From positions 2,124-66,123 of the forward strand of contig CAZQHZ010000001.1 in NCBI GenBank assembly GCA_964593285.1: DNA of 64,000 nt, in the 5' to 3' direction. Origin of the DNA: an uncultured Methanosarcinales archaeon. Its GTDB lineage: Archaea > Nanobdellota > Nanobdellia > Woesearchaeales > DSVV01. Positions 1 to 11,507 of the stretch are shown here, piece by piece. A model generated the notes under the pieces. That model saw only the letters and a program-made list of their open reading frames with translations, searched no databases and was not told the origin of the DNA. Position 1 is the first letter of the stretch; each line of letters opens with the position of its first letter. The translations under genes and the position numbers were made by a program.

Positions 1-1
1 T

Positions 2-184
2 TTATCTGATGCAGATTTTGAAAATGCATATCAATTTCAACTAAATAATTTTGATGATATAACAAAAGACGAAGGTCTTATTATTAAAATAAATACGGAG
101 GAAAACGAATTTCAAAATTTAAAAATACTAAGAAATAAATTAGGTGAATATTTAGAATTAGAATTTAAAGATATTGGATATTAA
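2..184 (+). CDS. 3' end of an unidentified gene (C-terminal 60 codons, truncated by the window edge)
   Basis: Open frame from position 2 to the TAA at 182-184, no start within the window; translation ...LSDADFENAYQFQLNNFDDITKDEGLIIKINTEENEF... gives no recognisable family. Confidence 0.3.
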   Translation, partial: LSDADFENAYQFQLNNFDDITKDEGLIIKINTEENEFQNLKILRNKLGEYLELEFKDIGY

Positions 185-192
185 TTATTAAA

Positions 193-879
193 TTATTTTT
201 TTGTAGTATTTTTTTCAATTATTATTACATATTCTCCTTTTGTTTCTTGCTTTTTTCGATTTTTATAATTCTCTGTTATTTTTGTTACTTTATCAATATT
301 AAATTCTTCAAATTTTTTAGTTATCTCTCTTGCAATACATATTTTTCTATCTGGTATTATTTCATTTAATATTTTTAGTGTTTTAATAATTCTATACATT
401 GATTCATAAATAATTAATGTTCTTTTATTTAATTCATCATTTTTGATAATTTTTTCAATTTTATTTTTTGATTTTGGTAAAAATCCAATAAAAGTAAATT
501 GATCAGAGCTAAATCCAGAGGTTACAAGAGCACTAATTACTGCAGTTGCACCAGGAATTGGACTAATTTGTATGTTGTTGTTTAAACACTCATTAATTAG
601 TTGGTAGCCAGGATCACAAATACAAGGTGTTCCTTTTTCGCTAACTAAAGCACAAGTTTTTTCTTTTTTAATTAAGTCAATTATCAATGGTATTTTTTTT
701 TTAGAATTGTAATCATTAAAACTAAGTAAAGGTTTTTTTGGTATTTGATAATATTTTAATAATTTTGTAGTGGTTCTTGTATCTTCACTTACAATAAAAT
801 CAACTTCTCTTAAAATTCTAATAGCTCTAAAGGTTATATCTTCTAAATTTCCAATGGGAGTTGATACAATATATAGCAT
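193..879 (-). CDS. rsmI: RsmI-like tetrapyrrole-methylase-family rRNA 2'-O-methyltransferase
   Basis: 228-aa ORF whose N-terminus MLYIVSTPIGNLEDITFRAIRILREVDFIVSEDTR matches the RsmI signature (TPIGNLEDIT...AEDTR); followed by a GxPxIxDPG-like motif (PCICDPGYQLI). Confidence 0.75.
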   Translation of the reverse strand: MLYIVSTPIGNLEDITFRAIRILREVDFIVSEDTRTTTKLLKYYQIPKKPLLSFNDYNSKKKIPLIIDLIKKEKTCALVSEKGTPCICDPGYQLINECLNNNIQISPIPGATAVISALVTSGFSSDQFTFIGFLPKSKNKIEKIIKNDELNKRTLIIYESMYRIIKTLKILNEIIPDRKICIAREITKKFEEFNIDKVTKITENYKNRKKQETKGEYVIIIEKNTTKK

Positions 880-912
880 TTTAATTTAATATTATCAAAA
901 GTTTTATATATT

Positions 913-1836
913 TTGTTAAAAAAAATAATTTTAATGGTCAAAAACGATTTTTTTTTAAGTTTTAAAGAATCTTTTTTAATTTTTTTAAAGGGATTATTTA
1001 TGGGTTTTTGTGATATAATACCTGGTATTTCTGGCGGAACTATCGCATTAATTACTGGAATTTATGAAAGATTTATGGCTGCATTAAAAAATCTTAATAT
1101 TTTATGGATAATTCCATTTTTATTTTATTTTAAAAATAAAAAAAATAAAGCAATTTTTAAAAAAGAATTTTTTAGAATGGATCCTTTTTTTTTAATTACA
1201 CTAGCATTTGGTATTTTTTTTGCAATTTTAATTGGTTCAAAAATAATACCTTATTTTTTAGATAATTATACGGCATATATATATTGTTTTTTTTTTGGAT
1301 TAATTTTTACATCTTCTATTTATTTAATATTTAAAAATAAATTTAATTTTAAATCTTTATTTTTTTTAATGTTTGGAATTTTAATTGGATTTTTAATTAC
1401 TGGAATTAATGAATTACAAACAAATAATAATTTATACATTTTATTTATTGCAGGTTTCTTTGCAGTTTTTGCAATGCTTCTTCCAGGTGTTTCTGGTTCT
1501 TTTTTATTATTAATTTTTGGGCAATATAATTATATGTTAAATGCATTAAATAATTTTCTTGATTATTTGATTGATATATTTATATTTATTTTAGGAATGG
1601 CGATGGGTTTAATTTTTGGGTCAAAATTTATTGCTCTTTTACTTAAAAATTTTTATAATTATACATTATTTTTTTTGATAGGTTTAATGGTTGGTTCATT
1701 AAGATTACCATTTATTAAAATTTCTACAAATTTTATTGGTATTTTCCAAATACCACTTTTCATTATTTTTGGGATAATTGGTTCAATTTTTATTTTTATG
1801 CTATTTTATTTTGAAAAAAAATATAAGAATAATTAA
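913..1836 (+). CDS. DUF368-family polytopic membrane protein
   Basis: 307 aa, very hydrophobic; motif GLFMGFCDIIPGISGGTIALITGIYERF fits the DUF368 (PF04018) signature; internal second half repeats it (LLPGVSGSFLLLIFG). Confidence 0.75.
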   Translation: MLKKIILMVKNDFFLSFKESFLIFLKGLFMGFCDIIPGISGGTIALITGIYERFMAALKNLNILWIIPFLFYFKNKKNKAIFKKEFFRMDPFFLITLAFGIFFAILIGSKIIPYFLDNYTAYIYCFFFGLIFTSSIYLIFKNKFNFKSLFFLMFGILIGFLITGINELQTNNNLYILFIAGFFAVFAMLLPGVSGSFLLLIFGQYNYMLNALNNFLDYLIDIFIFILGMAMGLIFGSKFIALLLKNFYNYTLFFLIGLMVGSLRLPFIKISTNFIGIFQIPLFIIFGIIGSIFIFMLFYFEKKYKNN

Positions 1837-1876
1837 AAACCTAATATTTAAATATTAATTAAAAATTTAAATTTTT

Positions 1877-2527
1877 ATGATTAAAGCATTTCTTTTTGAT
1901 ATGGATGGAACACTTGTTGATTCATTACCTTTACACATTGAAGCATGGATTGAAACATTAGATAAATATAATATTTTAGTTGATAAATCATTAATAAATG
2001 AAGTAAATGGAATGTCAACTCCAATGATTGCTGATTATATAGTTAAAAAATATAATTTAACAATAAATCCAGCAAATATTGCATTAATGAAACGTGCAAT
2101 TTCTATGAATAAATTAAAAAAAGGTGTCAAATTATTTGATAATACACTTAAAACACTAGTTTTTTTAAAGAAATTAGGTTTTTTTGTTTGCCTTGCAACT
2201 TCTTCAAAATTAAAACATGTAGAATTATCACTTGGTTCAAATCTGGATTTTGAATTTGACAAAATTGTAACACAAGATGATGTAAAATTAGCAAAACCAA
2301 ATCCAGATATCTTTTTAAAATGTAGTGAATTATTAAATATTGAACCTGAAAGTTGTGTTGTTGTTGAAGATTCAATTAATGGAATTATTGCTGCAAAAAA
2401 AGCAAAAATGAAAACAATTGCAATAACTAATTCAACAGATTCAAATTATTTAAAAGATGCAGATATTATAATTTCAAATTTAAAAGAAATAAATTCAAAT
2501 TTGATAAACAAATTAAATGATAATTAA
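1877..2527 (+). CDS. HAD-superfamily hydrolase (beta-phosphoglucomutase-like subfamily IA)
   Basis: HAD motif I FLFDMDGTLVDS at the N-terminus, later K...AKPNPDIF and DS(I)NGI motifs III/IV. Confidence 0.8.
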   Translation: MIKAFLFDMDGTLVDSLPLHIEAWIETLDKYNILVDKSLINEVNGMSTPMIADYIVKKYNLTINPANIALMKRAISMNKLKKGVKLFDNTLKTLVFLKKLGFFVCLATSSKLKHVELSLGSNLDFEFDKIVTQDDVKLAKPNPDIFLKCSELLNIEPESCVVVEDSINGIIAAKKAKMKTIAITNSTDSNYLKDADIIISNLKEINSNLINKLNDN

Positions 2528-2590
2528 AAAATAGTAAGTATTTTAAATTATTATAAATTTTTAGTATAAAATAAAAAATGAGGGAAAAAA

Positions 2591-4000
2591 ATGGAATTTA
2601 ATGATTATAAAGTTAAAGATTTAAATTTAGCAGAATTTGGACGAAAAGAAATTGAAATTGCAGAAAAAGAAATGCCAGGTTTAATTGCATTAAGAGAAAA
2701 ATATGGTGAAGAAAAACCATTAAAGGGTGCAAAAATTACTGGAAGTTTACATATGACTATTCAAACTGCTGTTTTAATTGAAACATTGGTTTTACTTGGT
2801 GCAGATGTTAGGTGGGCTTCATGTAATATCTTTTCAACACAAGACCATGCTGCAGCAGCAATTGCAAAAGCAAAAATTCCTGTGTTTGCATGGAAAGGTG
2901 AAACTTTAAAAGAATATTGGTGGTGTACTAAAAAAGCACTTACTTTTCCAGATGGCATGGGTCCTGATTTAATTGTAGATGATGGAGGAGATGCAACGCT
3001 TATGATTCATAAAGGTGCTGAAATTGAAAAAAATCCAGAATTGCTAGAAAATGACTATGGTGATGAAGGAGAAGACTTTGTTGAATTGATAAATATTTTA
3101 AAATCAACATATCAAGAAAATAAAAATTTATGGACTAATATTTCAAAAGAAATTAAAGGTGTATCAGAAGAGACAACAACTGGTGTTCATAGATTATATC
3201 AATTATTTGAAGAAAATAAATTATTATTTCCAGCAATTAATGTAAATGATTCTGTTACAAAATCAAAATTTGATAATTTATATGGGTGCAGGGAAAGTTT
3301 ACTTGATGGAATTAAAAGAGCAACAGATGTTATGATTTCAGGAAAAGTTGCTGTTGTTTGTGGTTATGGAGATGTTGGAAAAGGATGTGCTCAAAGCTTA
3401 CGTGGACAGGGTGCACGAGTTATTATCACAGAAATTGATCCAATTTGTGCACTTCAAGCTTTAATGGAAGGCTTTGAAGTAAAAACAATTGAAGATACAT
3501 TAGGTGAAGGAAATATTTATGTAACAGCGACAGGAAATTACCATGTAATTACTAAAGAACATATTGAAAAAATGAAAGATCAAGCAATTGTTTGTAACAT
3601 TGGTCATTTTGATAATGAAATAGAAGTTTCACCACTAAATAAAAGAGAAGATGTTAAAAAAATAAATATTAAAGAAGGTGTTGATAAATACATTTTTCCA
3701 AAAGGCAATGAAATTTTTATTTTAGCTGAAGGTCGATTAGTAAATCTTGGTTGTGCAACAGGTCACCCTAGTTTTGTTATGTCAAATTCTTTTACAAATC
3801 AAGTTTTAGCACAATTAGATTTATGGCAAAACAATCATAAAATAAGTGTTATGATGCTTTCAAAAGAATTAGATGAAGAAGTTGCACGATTACATTTAGA
3901 TAAACTTGGCTGTAAATTAACAACTTTAACAGAAAAACAAGCAGAGTATATTGGTGTTAAAAAAGAAGGCCCATATAAACCAAATCATTATAGGTATTAA
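2591..4000 (+). CDS. ahcY: Adenosylhomocysteinase (S-adenosyl-L-homocysteine hydrolase)
   Basis: 469 aa; N-terminus ...[57 protein letters not shown] and the NAD-binding [10 protein letters not shown] segment are diagnostic for SAHH. Confidence 0.93.
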   Translation: MEFNDYKVKDLNLAEFGRKEIEIAEKEMPGLIALREKYGEEKPLKGAKITGSLHMTIQTAVLIETLVLLGADVRWASCNIFSTQDHAAAAIAKAKIPVFAWKGETLKEYWWCTKKALTFPDGMGPDLIVDDGGDATLMIHKGAEIEKNPELLENDYGDEGEDFVELINILKSTYQENKNLWTNISKEIKGVSEETTTGVHRLYQLFEENKLLFPAINVNDSVTKSKFDNLYGCRESLLDGIKRATDVMISGKVAVVCGYGDVGKGCAQSLRGQGARVIITEIDPICALQALMEGFEVKTIEDTLGEGNIYVTATGNYHVITKEHIEKMKDQAIVCNIGHFDNEIEVSPLNKREDVKKINIKEGVDKYIFPKGNEIFILAEGRLVNLGCATGHPSFVMSNSFTNQVLAQLDLWQNNHKISVMMLSKELDEEVARLHLDKLGCKLTTLTEKQAEYIGVKKEGPYKPNHYRY

Positions 4001-4021
4001 TTTTTTAATTTATTTTTTAAA

Positions 4022-4729
4022 ATGTTAATTGATAAAAATATTGAATGTATAATTAAAAATTTTAATAAAATTATTAATAATGATAAATTTAATTATGCTT
4101 TTAATCAAAAAATAAGTTTTAAGATTAATAAAAATAAAACATCTAATGATTTTGGTTTTCAAAAATTATGTTTTCCAATTCCTTTTTTAAAAAAAATAAA
4201 TAATTTTAAAAAAAATAATTCTTCTAATAAAAATATCAATAATCAAAAAAATATTATTAAAAAAATAAAATTAAAAGATAAAAAAAATTCTATTAATTTA
4301 CTAGTAGATGATATTATCAAAGATAATTCTTTAGAAAAAAAATTTCTAAATGAGGATTTAATTTTAAAAAAAAATATTTATAATTTAGATTTATCTAATC
4401 TAAATAATAATTTTTATTTAAATCATACAAGTATTTATAATAATTTTATCTCAAATTATTTAAATTATGGTGGTAAAGCAAATAATGGTTCTTTTCAAAA
4501 TGATAATAATTCTAATTCAAATGAAATTGTTGTTTATCAAAGTGAAGTTATGGGTTATGATAAAAGAAAAAAATTTGAAGAAAAATTAATTGTTAATAGT
4601 GTTTTTAAAAAAACAGATAATTTAATTAATTATTCTAGTGAAAAACAAAATTATGATGTTTGGAAAATGGTTAGTGGTTTTAATATGTATATGAGTTTTA
4701 TTAATTATAATAGGGTTTTTTCTAATTAA
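4022..4729 (+). CDS. Asn/Lys-rich low-complexity hypothetical protein
   Basis: 235-aa ORF dominated by N, K and I; no recognisable domain; could be a real low-complexity protein or a frame artefact of AT-rich DNA. Confidence 0.25.
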   Translation: MLIDKNIECIIKNFNKIINNDKFNYAFNQKISFKINKNKTSNDFGFQKLCFPIPFLKKINNFKKNNSSNKNINNQKNIIKKIKLKDKKNSINLLVDDIIKDNSLEKKFLNEDLILKKNIYNLDLSNLNNNFYLNHTSIYNNFISNYLNYGGKANNGSFQNDNNSNSNEIVVYQSEVMGYDKRKKFEEKLIVNSVFKKTDNLINYSSEKQNYDVWKMVSGFNMYMSFINYNRVFSN

Positions 4730-4804
4730 CTTTTTAAAATTTAAATTATATTTATTTTAATTTTTCCAAAAATATTAAATATCATTAGTCTATATTATTT
4801 TTAT

Positions 4805-5695
4805 ATGGATGTTAGAAAACCATATTTTGCAGGAAAATTTTATCCTGTAGATAAAAAAACACTTGTAAATCAATTAAAAGATTGTTTTTTACATGAACTT
4901 GGAGCTCAAAAATTACCTGAAAATGAAAATTTTCAAACAGTAAAAGGATTAATCGTGCCTCATGCAGGTTATGTATTTTCAGGGATGAATGCTTCTTGTG
5001 GTTATTTTAAATTGAAAGAATCAGGCGTTTATGATTTATTTGTAATTATTGGATTTAGCCACTCATGTGCTGAAAAAGATTTTATTAGTTTATCTAAAAA
5101 AAATTGGCAAACACCAATTGGTTTAGTTAAAACAAATCAAAAAATAGCTGATGAATTATCAAATCATGAATTTTTTAAAATAGATGAAGATGCATTTATA
5201 GATGAACATTCAATTGAAGTTCAATTACCTTTCCTGCAATATTTATATGGTGATAAATTAAATATATTACCAATTTCAATCTCATATAAAGCAAGTTTAG
5301 ATGAAATAAAAAAAATTGCAACTTCCATAAATAAAGTTATAAATAAATCAAAATTAAATGTTTGTTTTATTGCAAGTTCAGATTTTACTCATTATGGTTA
5401 TCATTTTAATTATATTCCTTTCAATAAAGATATAGAAAAAAATCTTTTAAAATTAGATATGGATGCAATTGAATTCATTAAAACACTAGATACAAAAGGT
5501 TTTTTAAATTATATTGATGAAACAGACATAACTATTTGTGGTAAAAATAGTATCTCTTTATTACTTGAAATTTTAAAATATGAGTCAATTAATAGAATAG
5601 AACTATTAAATTATTATACTTCTGCAAAATTAACAAATGATCATGAAAATAGTGTTAGTTATGCTTCAATTTTATTTGAATCAATAAAACTTTAA
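4805..5695 (+). CDS. MEMO1-family protein (AmmeMemoRadiSam system protein B)
   Basis: Starts MDVRKPYFAGKFYPVDKKTLVNQL..., then ...LIVPHAGYVFSGMNASCGYF, both typical of the MEMO1/AmmeMemoRadiSam B family. Confidence 0.8.
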   Translation: MDVRKPYFAGKFYPVDKKTLVNQLKDCFLHELGAQKLPENENFQTVKGLIVPHAGYVFSGMNASCGYFKLKESGVYDLFVIIGFSHSCAEKDFISLSKKNWQTPIGLVKTNQKIADELSNHEFFKIDEDAFIDEHSIEVQLPFLQYLYGDKLNILPISISYKASLDEIKKIATSINKVINKSKLNVCFIASSDFTHYGYHFNYIPFNKDIEKNLLKLDMDAIEFIKTLDTKGFLNYIDETDITICGKNSISLLLEILKYESINRIELLNYYTSAKLTNDHENSVSYASILFESIKL

Positions 5696-5725
5696 AAAAT
5701 ATAATATAAACATAGTAATTGAGAA

Positions 5726-6064
5726 ATGAAAATAATAAATAAAACAAAAAACTATATAATTTCTAATAATTGTATAAAATATAATAGTATTTTATTGAAA
5801 GCAATAGGTTTAATGTTTTCAAAAAAAAAAGATTTACTATTTTTTTTTAAAAAAGAACAAATAATTCCATTACACATGTTTTTTGTTTTTTTTACAATTG
5901 ATGTATTATTTGTTGATAAAAATTATAAAATTGTAGAAATTAAAAAAAATTTTAAACCTTTTAGTTATTATAAACCTAAAAATCCTGCAAAATATATAAT
6001 AGAAATTTCAAAAAAAAAATTAAAAAATACCAAAATTAATGATTTATTAGAATTTAAAAAATAA
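5726..6064 (+). CDS. DUF192-family small protein
   Basis: 112 aa; pattern ...KAIGLMFSKK..LLFFF....IPLHMFFVFFTIDVLFVDKNYKIV... matches the DUF192 (PF02643) consensus GLM.R...mlF.f......fwM.nt.ipLDiiF.d. Confidence 0.55.
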   Translation: MKIINKTKNYIISNNCIKYNSILLKAIGLMFSKKKDLLFFFKKEQIIPLHMFFVFFTIDVLFVDKNYKIVEIKKNFKPFSYYKPKNPAKYIIEISKKKLKNTKINDLLEFKK

Positions 6065-6067
6065 TAT

Positions 6068-6517
6068 TTAAAAGGCTTTAGACATTAAGTAACTTACAGT
6101 TTGCCCCTCCATTTCTACATTAGATATTATTTTATATCCTTTTTTATCAAAAAAATTAATTGCACTAATACTAGAATTTAATTTTATATGGCTATAATTT
6201 TGTGTTTTTATTATCTTTTCTGCATGTTCTAGTAAAATACTGCCATACCCTTTATTTTGAAAATTTAAATCTATAAATAATGTTGTAATATTATTTAAAT
6301 CAACAGCAATTGTTCCAATTATTTTTTCTTCTTTTTTTAGAACAAAAAATTTTCTATGTTTTGCCATTTCGATTAAATTATTAGGTGTATATACATTAAA
6401 TAATTCATTTATTGCAAATTTAGGGGTATCTTTTGAATTTATATGAATTAAATTTTCTTTGATTAATTTTGATGCATCTTCTGAATGCAACTCATTAAAT
6501 TGTTCTATTAAAATCAT
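6068..6517 (-). CDS. GNAT-family N-acetyltransferase
   Basis: 149 aa; acetyl-CoA-binding motif A (FQNKGYGSILLEHAEKI) and a C-terminal ...FFDKKGYKII segment. Confidence 0.75.
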   Translation of the reverse strand: MILIEQFNELHSEDASKLIKENLIHINSKDTPKFAINELFNVYTPNNLIEMAKHRKFFVLKKEEKIIGTIAVDLNNITTLFIDLNFQNKGYGSILLEHAEKIIKTQNYSHIKLNSSISAINFFDKKGYKIISNVEMEGQTVSYLMSKAF

Positions 6518-6569
6518 AATAGATATTTGTTTTAATGAGTTATTTATAAATATTTTTATTTCAACTTGG

Positions 6570-7625
<1,056 letters not shown>

Positions 7626-7681
7626 CTATTTCATTCCAATTATTTATTTAATTTAAAGTTTTTGTTTTTTTAAAAAATATA

Positions 7682-8728
7682 TTAATTTTTTATTTTGTAA
7701 AATTTAATTATTTCAATATATGCTTCTCTTAATATTATTTTATAAATTAAATAAATTGGGATTGAAAAAATCATACCAAAAACACCAAATAACTTTGCTC
7801 CAGCTAAAATTAATATAACTCCAATAAATGGATTAACATTTACCTTACCTGTTATCATAAACGGAATTAAATAAAAATTATCAACTAATTGTGCAATAAT
7901 TATTGTTATTAGAACATAAATTACAAATGTTGGATCATCTAAATATCCAACAATTATTGCAGGAATTGATCCAATTATAGGTCCAAAATATGGTATTATA
8001 TTAAAAAAACCAGCAATAATTCCAAGTATTAACCATCCTTTCAATCCAAATACATAAAATCCAAAACAACAAATTACTGCAATAAAAATGCTCTCAATAA
8101 CTTTTGCAGTTAAAAAATTATAAAGTTTGTTTGCAACTTCTTTTGAAACTCTAACAACTCCTTTATGGAATTTATCTGGAATTAAAGATTCTATATTTTT
8201 GTATATCTCATCTTTTCTCTTAAAAAAAAAATAAAACATTATTGGTATAATTAAAAGCGAATTAAAAATAAATATTGATAATTGAGAAATAATTGTTGTG
8301 GTGTATGAAAAAAGTATTTTTTCAACTTCTCTAATATTTTCAAATTCAAATAAGTTTTCTTTTAAAATATCTGGAATAAATTCAGCAAAATGATTATTAT
8401 AGGCATTAGTTAAAACATTACTTTCAATATTTTGAAAAACGTGTATAAATTCATTTATTGACATTCCAAATAAAAATATTAATATAAATATCCAAAAACC
8501 AATGAAAAAATAACCTACAATTTTTTTAAAAAAATTATTAAAATTATATTTTTTAAGTCTTTTATTAAAATCTGTTTTTAATTCCTGTGTTAAAATTATT
8601 AAAACAATCCCAAGTAAAATAGTTAAAAAAATAGTTTTAAAATAAAATATAATATAAAAAAAAATACTTAATAGAACAAATATAAATATTAAAATCTTCC
8701 AAACTTTTATATTGGTTGTAAGTCCCAT
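7682..8728 (-). CDS. AI-2E family transporter (PerM/UPF0118)
   Basis: 348 aa, 7-8 TM; conserved C-terminal region ...NIIPYFGPIIGSIPAIIVGYLDDP...AQLVDNFYLIPFMITGKVNVNPFIGVILILAG typical of AI-2E/YhhT proteins. Confidence 0.75.
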   Translation of the reverse strand: MGLTTNIKVWKILIFIFVLLSIFFYIIFYFKTIFLTILLGIVLIILTQELKTDFNKRLKKYNFNNFFKKIVGYFFIGFWIFILIFLFGMSINEFIHVFQNIESNVLTNAYNNHFAEFIPDILKENLFEFENIREVEKILFSYTTTIISQLSIFIFNSLLIIPIMFYFFFKRKDEIYKNIESLIPDKFHKGVVRVSKEVANKLYNFLTAKVIESIFIAVICCFGFYVFGLKGWLILGIIAGFFNIIPYFGPIIGSIPAIIVGYLDDPTFVIYVLITIIIAQLVDNFYLIPFMITGKVNVNPFIGVILILAGAKLFGVFGMIFSIPIYLIYKIILREAYIEIIKFYKIKN

Positions 8729-8730
8729 TT

Positions 8731-9249
8731 TTAGTTACATGTAGTTTTCTTTTTATCTAAAATTATTATTCTATAAATTGAAATGATAATAATTATTGTT
8801 ATAAATTGAATAAAATTTTCATAAATAAAAGCTTTTAAAAAATCAAATTTATCAAATAAAAAAACATTAACCACACCAAAGTAATTAAATAATAAATATT
8901 TAATAAAATTTGCAGGAATTATTAATAATGCCACTATAATTGATGGAAATTTACATTTAATTAAACCTGCTATAACACCAACAAAAACATTTGGAATTAT
9001 AACTAATAATCTATCAATTTCATTTGTTATAAAAAAATAATTTACAAATCCACCAATTATTGCAACAAAAAAAGCAATCCTTGAATTTAATATAATTCCT
9101 GCAAGTAGTGGAATAATGATTCCAGATGTTAATAATATTTCATGCATAAAAGGATTTGAACTAATTGATTTTGCATTGGATAAAAGAATATATATAGTAG
9201 TAAATAGAAAAATAAAAGTAATTTCTTTTTTTAGATTAATTTTTTTCAT
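8731..9249 (-). CDS. Small polytopic membrane protein (possibly an ECF-type substrate-binding S component)
   Basis: 172 aa with about five hydrophobic helices; no diagnostic motif. Confidence 0.3.
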   Translation of the reverse strand: MKKINLKKEITFIFLFTTIYILLSNAKSISSNPFMHEILLTSGIIIPLLAGIILNSRIAFFVAIIGGFVNYFFITNEIDRLLVIIPNVFVGVIAGLIKCKFPSIIVALLIIPANFIKYLLFNYFGVVNVFLFDKFDFLKAFIYENFIQFITIIIIISIYRIIILDKKKTTCN

Positions 9250-9404
9250 TTTTAATAAATTTAGTTAAAAAGTATCATTTTATAAGTATAATAAGTAGAT
9301 ATAATATTTAAATACTATCATTTTTTTATTATATAGTAAAACAAATTTTTTTAAAAATTTACAATTGAAAATATTTATATATAACTAGCAAAACTTTTTT
9401 TAAA

Positions 9405-10439
9405 ATGGATGCATTAAAAGAAAATGAATATAGAGAAATACAAAAAGAATTAGATGAATGCAAAAATCCTTTATTCTTTTTTCATGATGATCCAGATGGA
9501 CTTTGTTCTTTTTTATTATTATATCGTTATAAAAAGGAAGGAAATGGAATAATAGTTAAAAGTAATCCAATAATTGATGAAAAATTTATAAAAAAAGTAA
9601 ATGAATATAGACCTGATAAAATTTTTGTTTTAGATATTGCAGATATTAGTGAAGAATTTATTGATAAAATAAATATTCCAATTATTTGGATAGATCATCA
9701 CGGACCTTATAAAAGAGAAAAAGTAAAATATTTTAATCCAAGGGTTCATGATACAAAAAATAATCCTCCAGTTTCATATATATGTTATTTTGTTGTAGAC
9801 CAAGATGAATGGATATCTTTATGTGGTATGGTTGGAGATTGGTTTTTACCAAAAAAAGAGATTATCGATAAATATTTTAGTAATTGTGCTGAATTATTAC
9901 CACAAGATGTAACAAAACCAGATGAAGCTCTATTTAATAGCAAAATAGGTTTTATAAGTAAAATATTTTCTTTTGTTTTAAAAGGTAATTATAAAGATGC
10001 AATGAAATATGTTAAAATAATCTCAAGACTAAAAAATTATAATGAAATTTTAAATCAAGAAACTCCGCAAGGAAAATATATCTATAAAAAATATGAAAAA
10101 ATAAACAAAGACTATATTGAATTATTAAATATTGCTAAAAAAAATATACAAGAAAAGATTATACTTTTTACATATAGTCAAGATAAAATGTCGTTTACTG
10201 GAGATATTGCAAACGAATTATTATATTTATATCCTGATAAAATAATAATCATTGCACGACAAAAAAATAATGAAATGAAATGCAGTATGCGCTCATCAAA
10301 AATTAATTTACCAAAGCTAATAGAAAAATGTATGGTGGGGTTAGATGGTTATGGTGGCGGACATGAAAATGCTGCAGGGGTTGTAATCAAAAAAAGTGAT
10401 TTTAATTCATTTATTGAAAAAATAAATAATGAAATTTAA
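9405..10439 (+). CDS. DHH/DHHA1 phosphoesterase (NrnA-like oligoribonuclease/pAp phosphatase or small RecJ-like nuclease)
   Basis: DHH motif I FFHDDPDGLCS, motif III IIWIDHHGP, and the DHHA1 signature GGGHENAAG near the C-terminus; 344 aa. Confidence 0.65.
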   Translation: MDALKENEYREIQKELDECKNPLFFFHDDPDGLCSFLLLYRYKKEGNGIIVKSNPIIDEKFIKKVNEYRPDKIFVLDIADISEEFIDKINIPIIWIDHHGPYKREKVKYFNPRVHDTKNNPPVSYICYFVVDQDEWISLCGMVGDWFLPKKEIIDKYFSNCAELLPQDVTKPDEALFNSKIGFISKIFSFVLKGNYKDAMKYVKIISRLKNYNEILNQETPQGKYIYKKYEKINKDYIELLNIAKKNIQEKIILFTYSQDKMSFTGDIANELLYLYPDKIIIIARQKNNEMKCSMRSSKINLPKLIEKCMVGLDGYGGGHENAAGVVIKKSDFNSFIEKINNEI

Positions 10440-10510
10440 TTAATATTATTTAAAACAAACAGAAAATATTTAAATTAACTATGATTTATAAGAAATAATT
10501 TTTAAAAAAG

Positions 10511-11485
10511 GTGTTTACTATTATGGAAAACAAAAAAAAAACAGAAAAAAAATCTAATATTGGAAAAATTTTACTATTTGTAATGCTTGGATTTGGTTTA
10601 TTTATAATTATATTTTTTATATTGATTATATTCTTAGCAGTATTTGGTTTATTTTCAGGAGGTTCTAGCTCATCTTTTAAAACAGGTAATATTGCATTAA
10701 TTGATGTTAATGGAATGATTGTTGGAGATAGTAGCGGTGCATTATTTAGTACTGAAGCTTCTTCAAAAAAATTGGTTGATTTAATCGAACAAGCAGATAA
10801 AAATAAAAATATTAATGCTATTATTTTTATGGTTAATTCTCCTGGCGGAAGTGCTGTTGCAACAGATGAAATTGCAAATGCTATTAAAAAAACAGATAAA
10901 ACAACTGTTGCGGTTATTCGTGAAGTTGGAGCAAGTGGTGCTTACTGGATTGCATCTTCTTGTGATTATATTTTTGCAAATAAAATGTCGATTGTTGGAA
11001 GTATTGGTGTTACTTCATCACATCTTGGATTTGAAGGGTTTATAGATAGGTATAATATTAGTTATAGGAGAATTGTAACTGGTGAATATAAAGATATTGG
11101 AACGCCTTTTAGAGAAATGAATGAAGAAGAAATAAACCTAATTAAAGAACAATTATTGGTATTGCATGATGTTTTTGTTGATGAAATAGCACAAAATAGA
11201 AATATGGAAAAAAATGATGCAGAAAAACTAGCTAATGGGTTATTTTGGAGCGGTGTTGATGCAAAAAAATTAAATTTAATCGATGATTTTGGTGGCAAAA
11301 AAGAAGCTATAGAATATATTGAAAAAAAATTAAATATTGAGTCAAAAACTGTAGAAATGCAAAAACCACCAACATTTATGGATCTTTTAATAGGCGTTGT
11401 AAATGATAATTTTTATTCTTTTGGTTATGGTTTTGCAGCTGCATTATTAAAAGAAAAAAATAAAAATAATGTTGCATATTTATAA
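10511..11485 (+). CDS. sppA: Signal peptide peptidase SppA (36K type, ClpP/crotonase fold)
   Basis: N-terminal TM helix, then ...INAIIFMVNSPGGSAVATDEIANAI...VGASGAYWIASSCDYIFANKMSIVGSIGV, the SppA catalytic Ser/Lys region. Confidence 0.8.
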   Translation: MFTIMENKKKTEKKSNIGKILLFVMLGFGLFIIIFFILIIFLAVFGLFSGGSSSSFKTGNIALIDVNGMIVGDSSGALFSTEASSKKLVDLIEQADKNKNINAIIFMVNSPGGSAVATDEIANAIKKTDKTTVAVIREVGASGAYWIASSCDYIFANKMSIVGSIGVTSSHLGFEGFIDRYNISYRRIVTGEYKDIGTPFREMNEEEINLIKEQLLVLHDVFVDEIAQNRNMEKNDAEKLANGLFWSGVDAKKLNLIDDFGGKKEAIEYIEKKLNIESKTVEMQKPPTFMDLLIGVVNDNFYSFGYGFAAALLKEKNKNNVAYL

Positions 11486-11507
11486 TTTAATTTTTAAATA
11501 AAATAGA

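Noticed and set aside
2035-2375. Minus-strand ORFs 2035..2262 and 2148..2375 inside the HAD hydrolase gene
   Set aside because: Fully embedded antisense to a well-supported gene, with low-complexity translations; typical spurious ORFs of AT-rich DNA.
2761-2958. Antisense 65-aa ORF inside ahcY
   Set aside because: Embedded in a highly conserved gene on the opposite strand; no motif.
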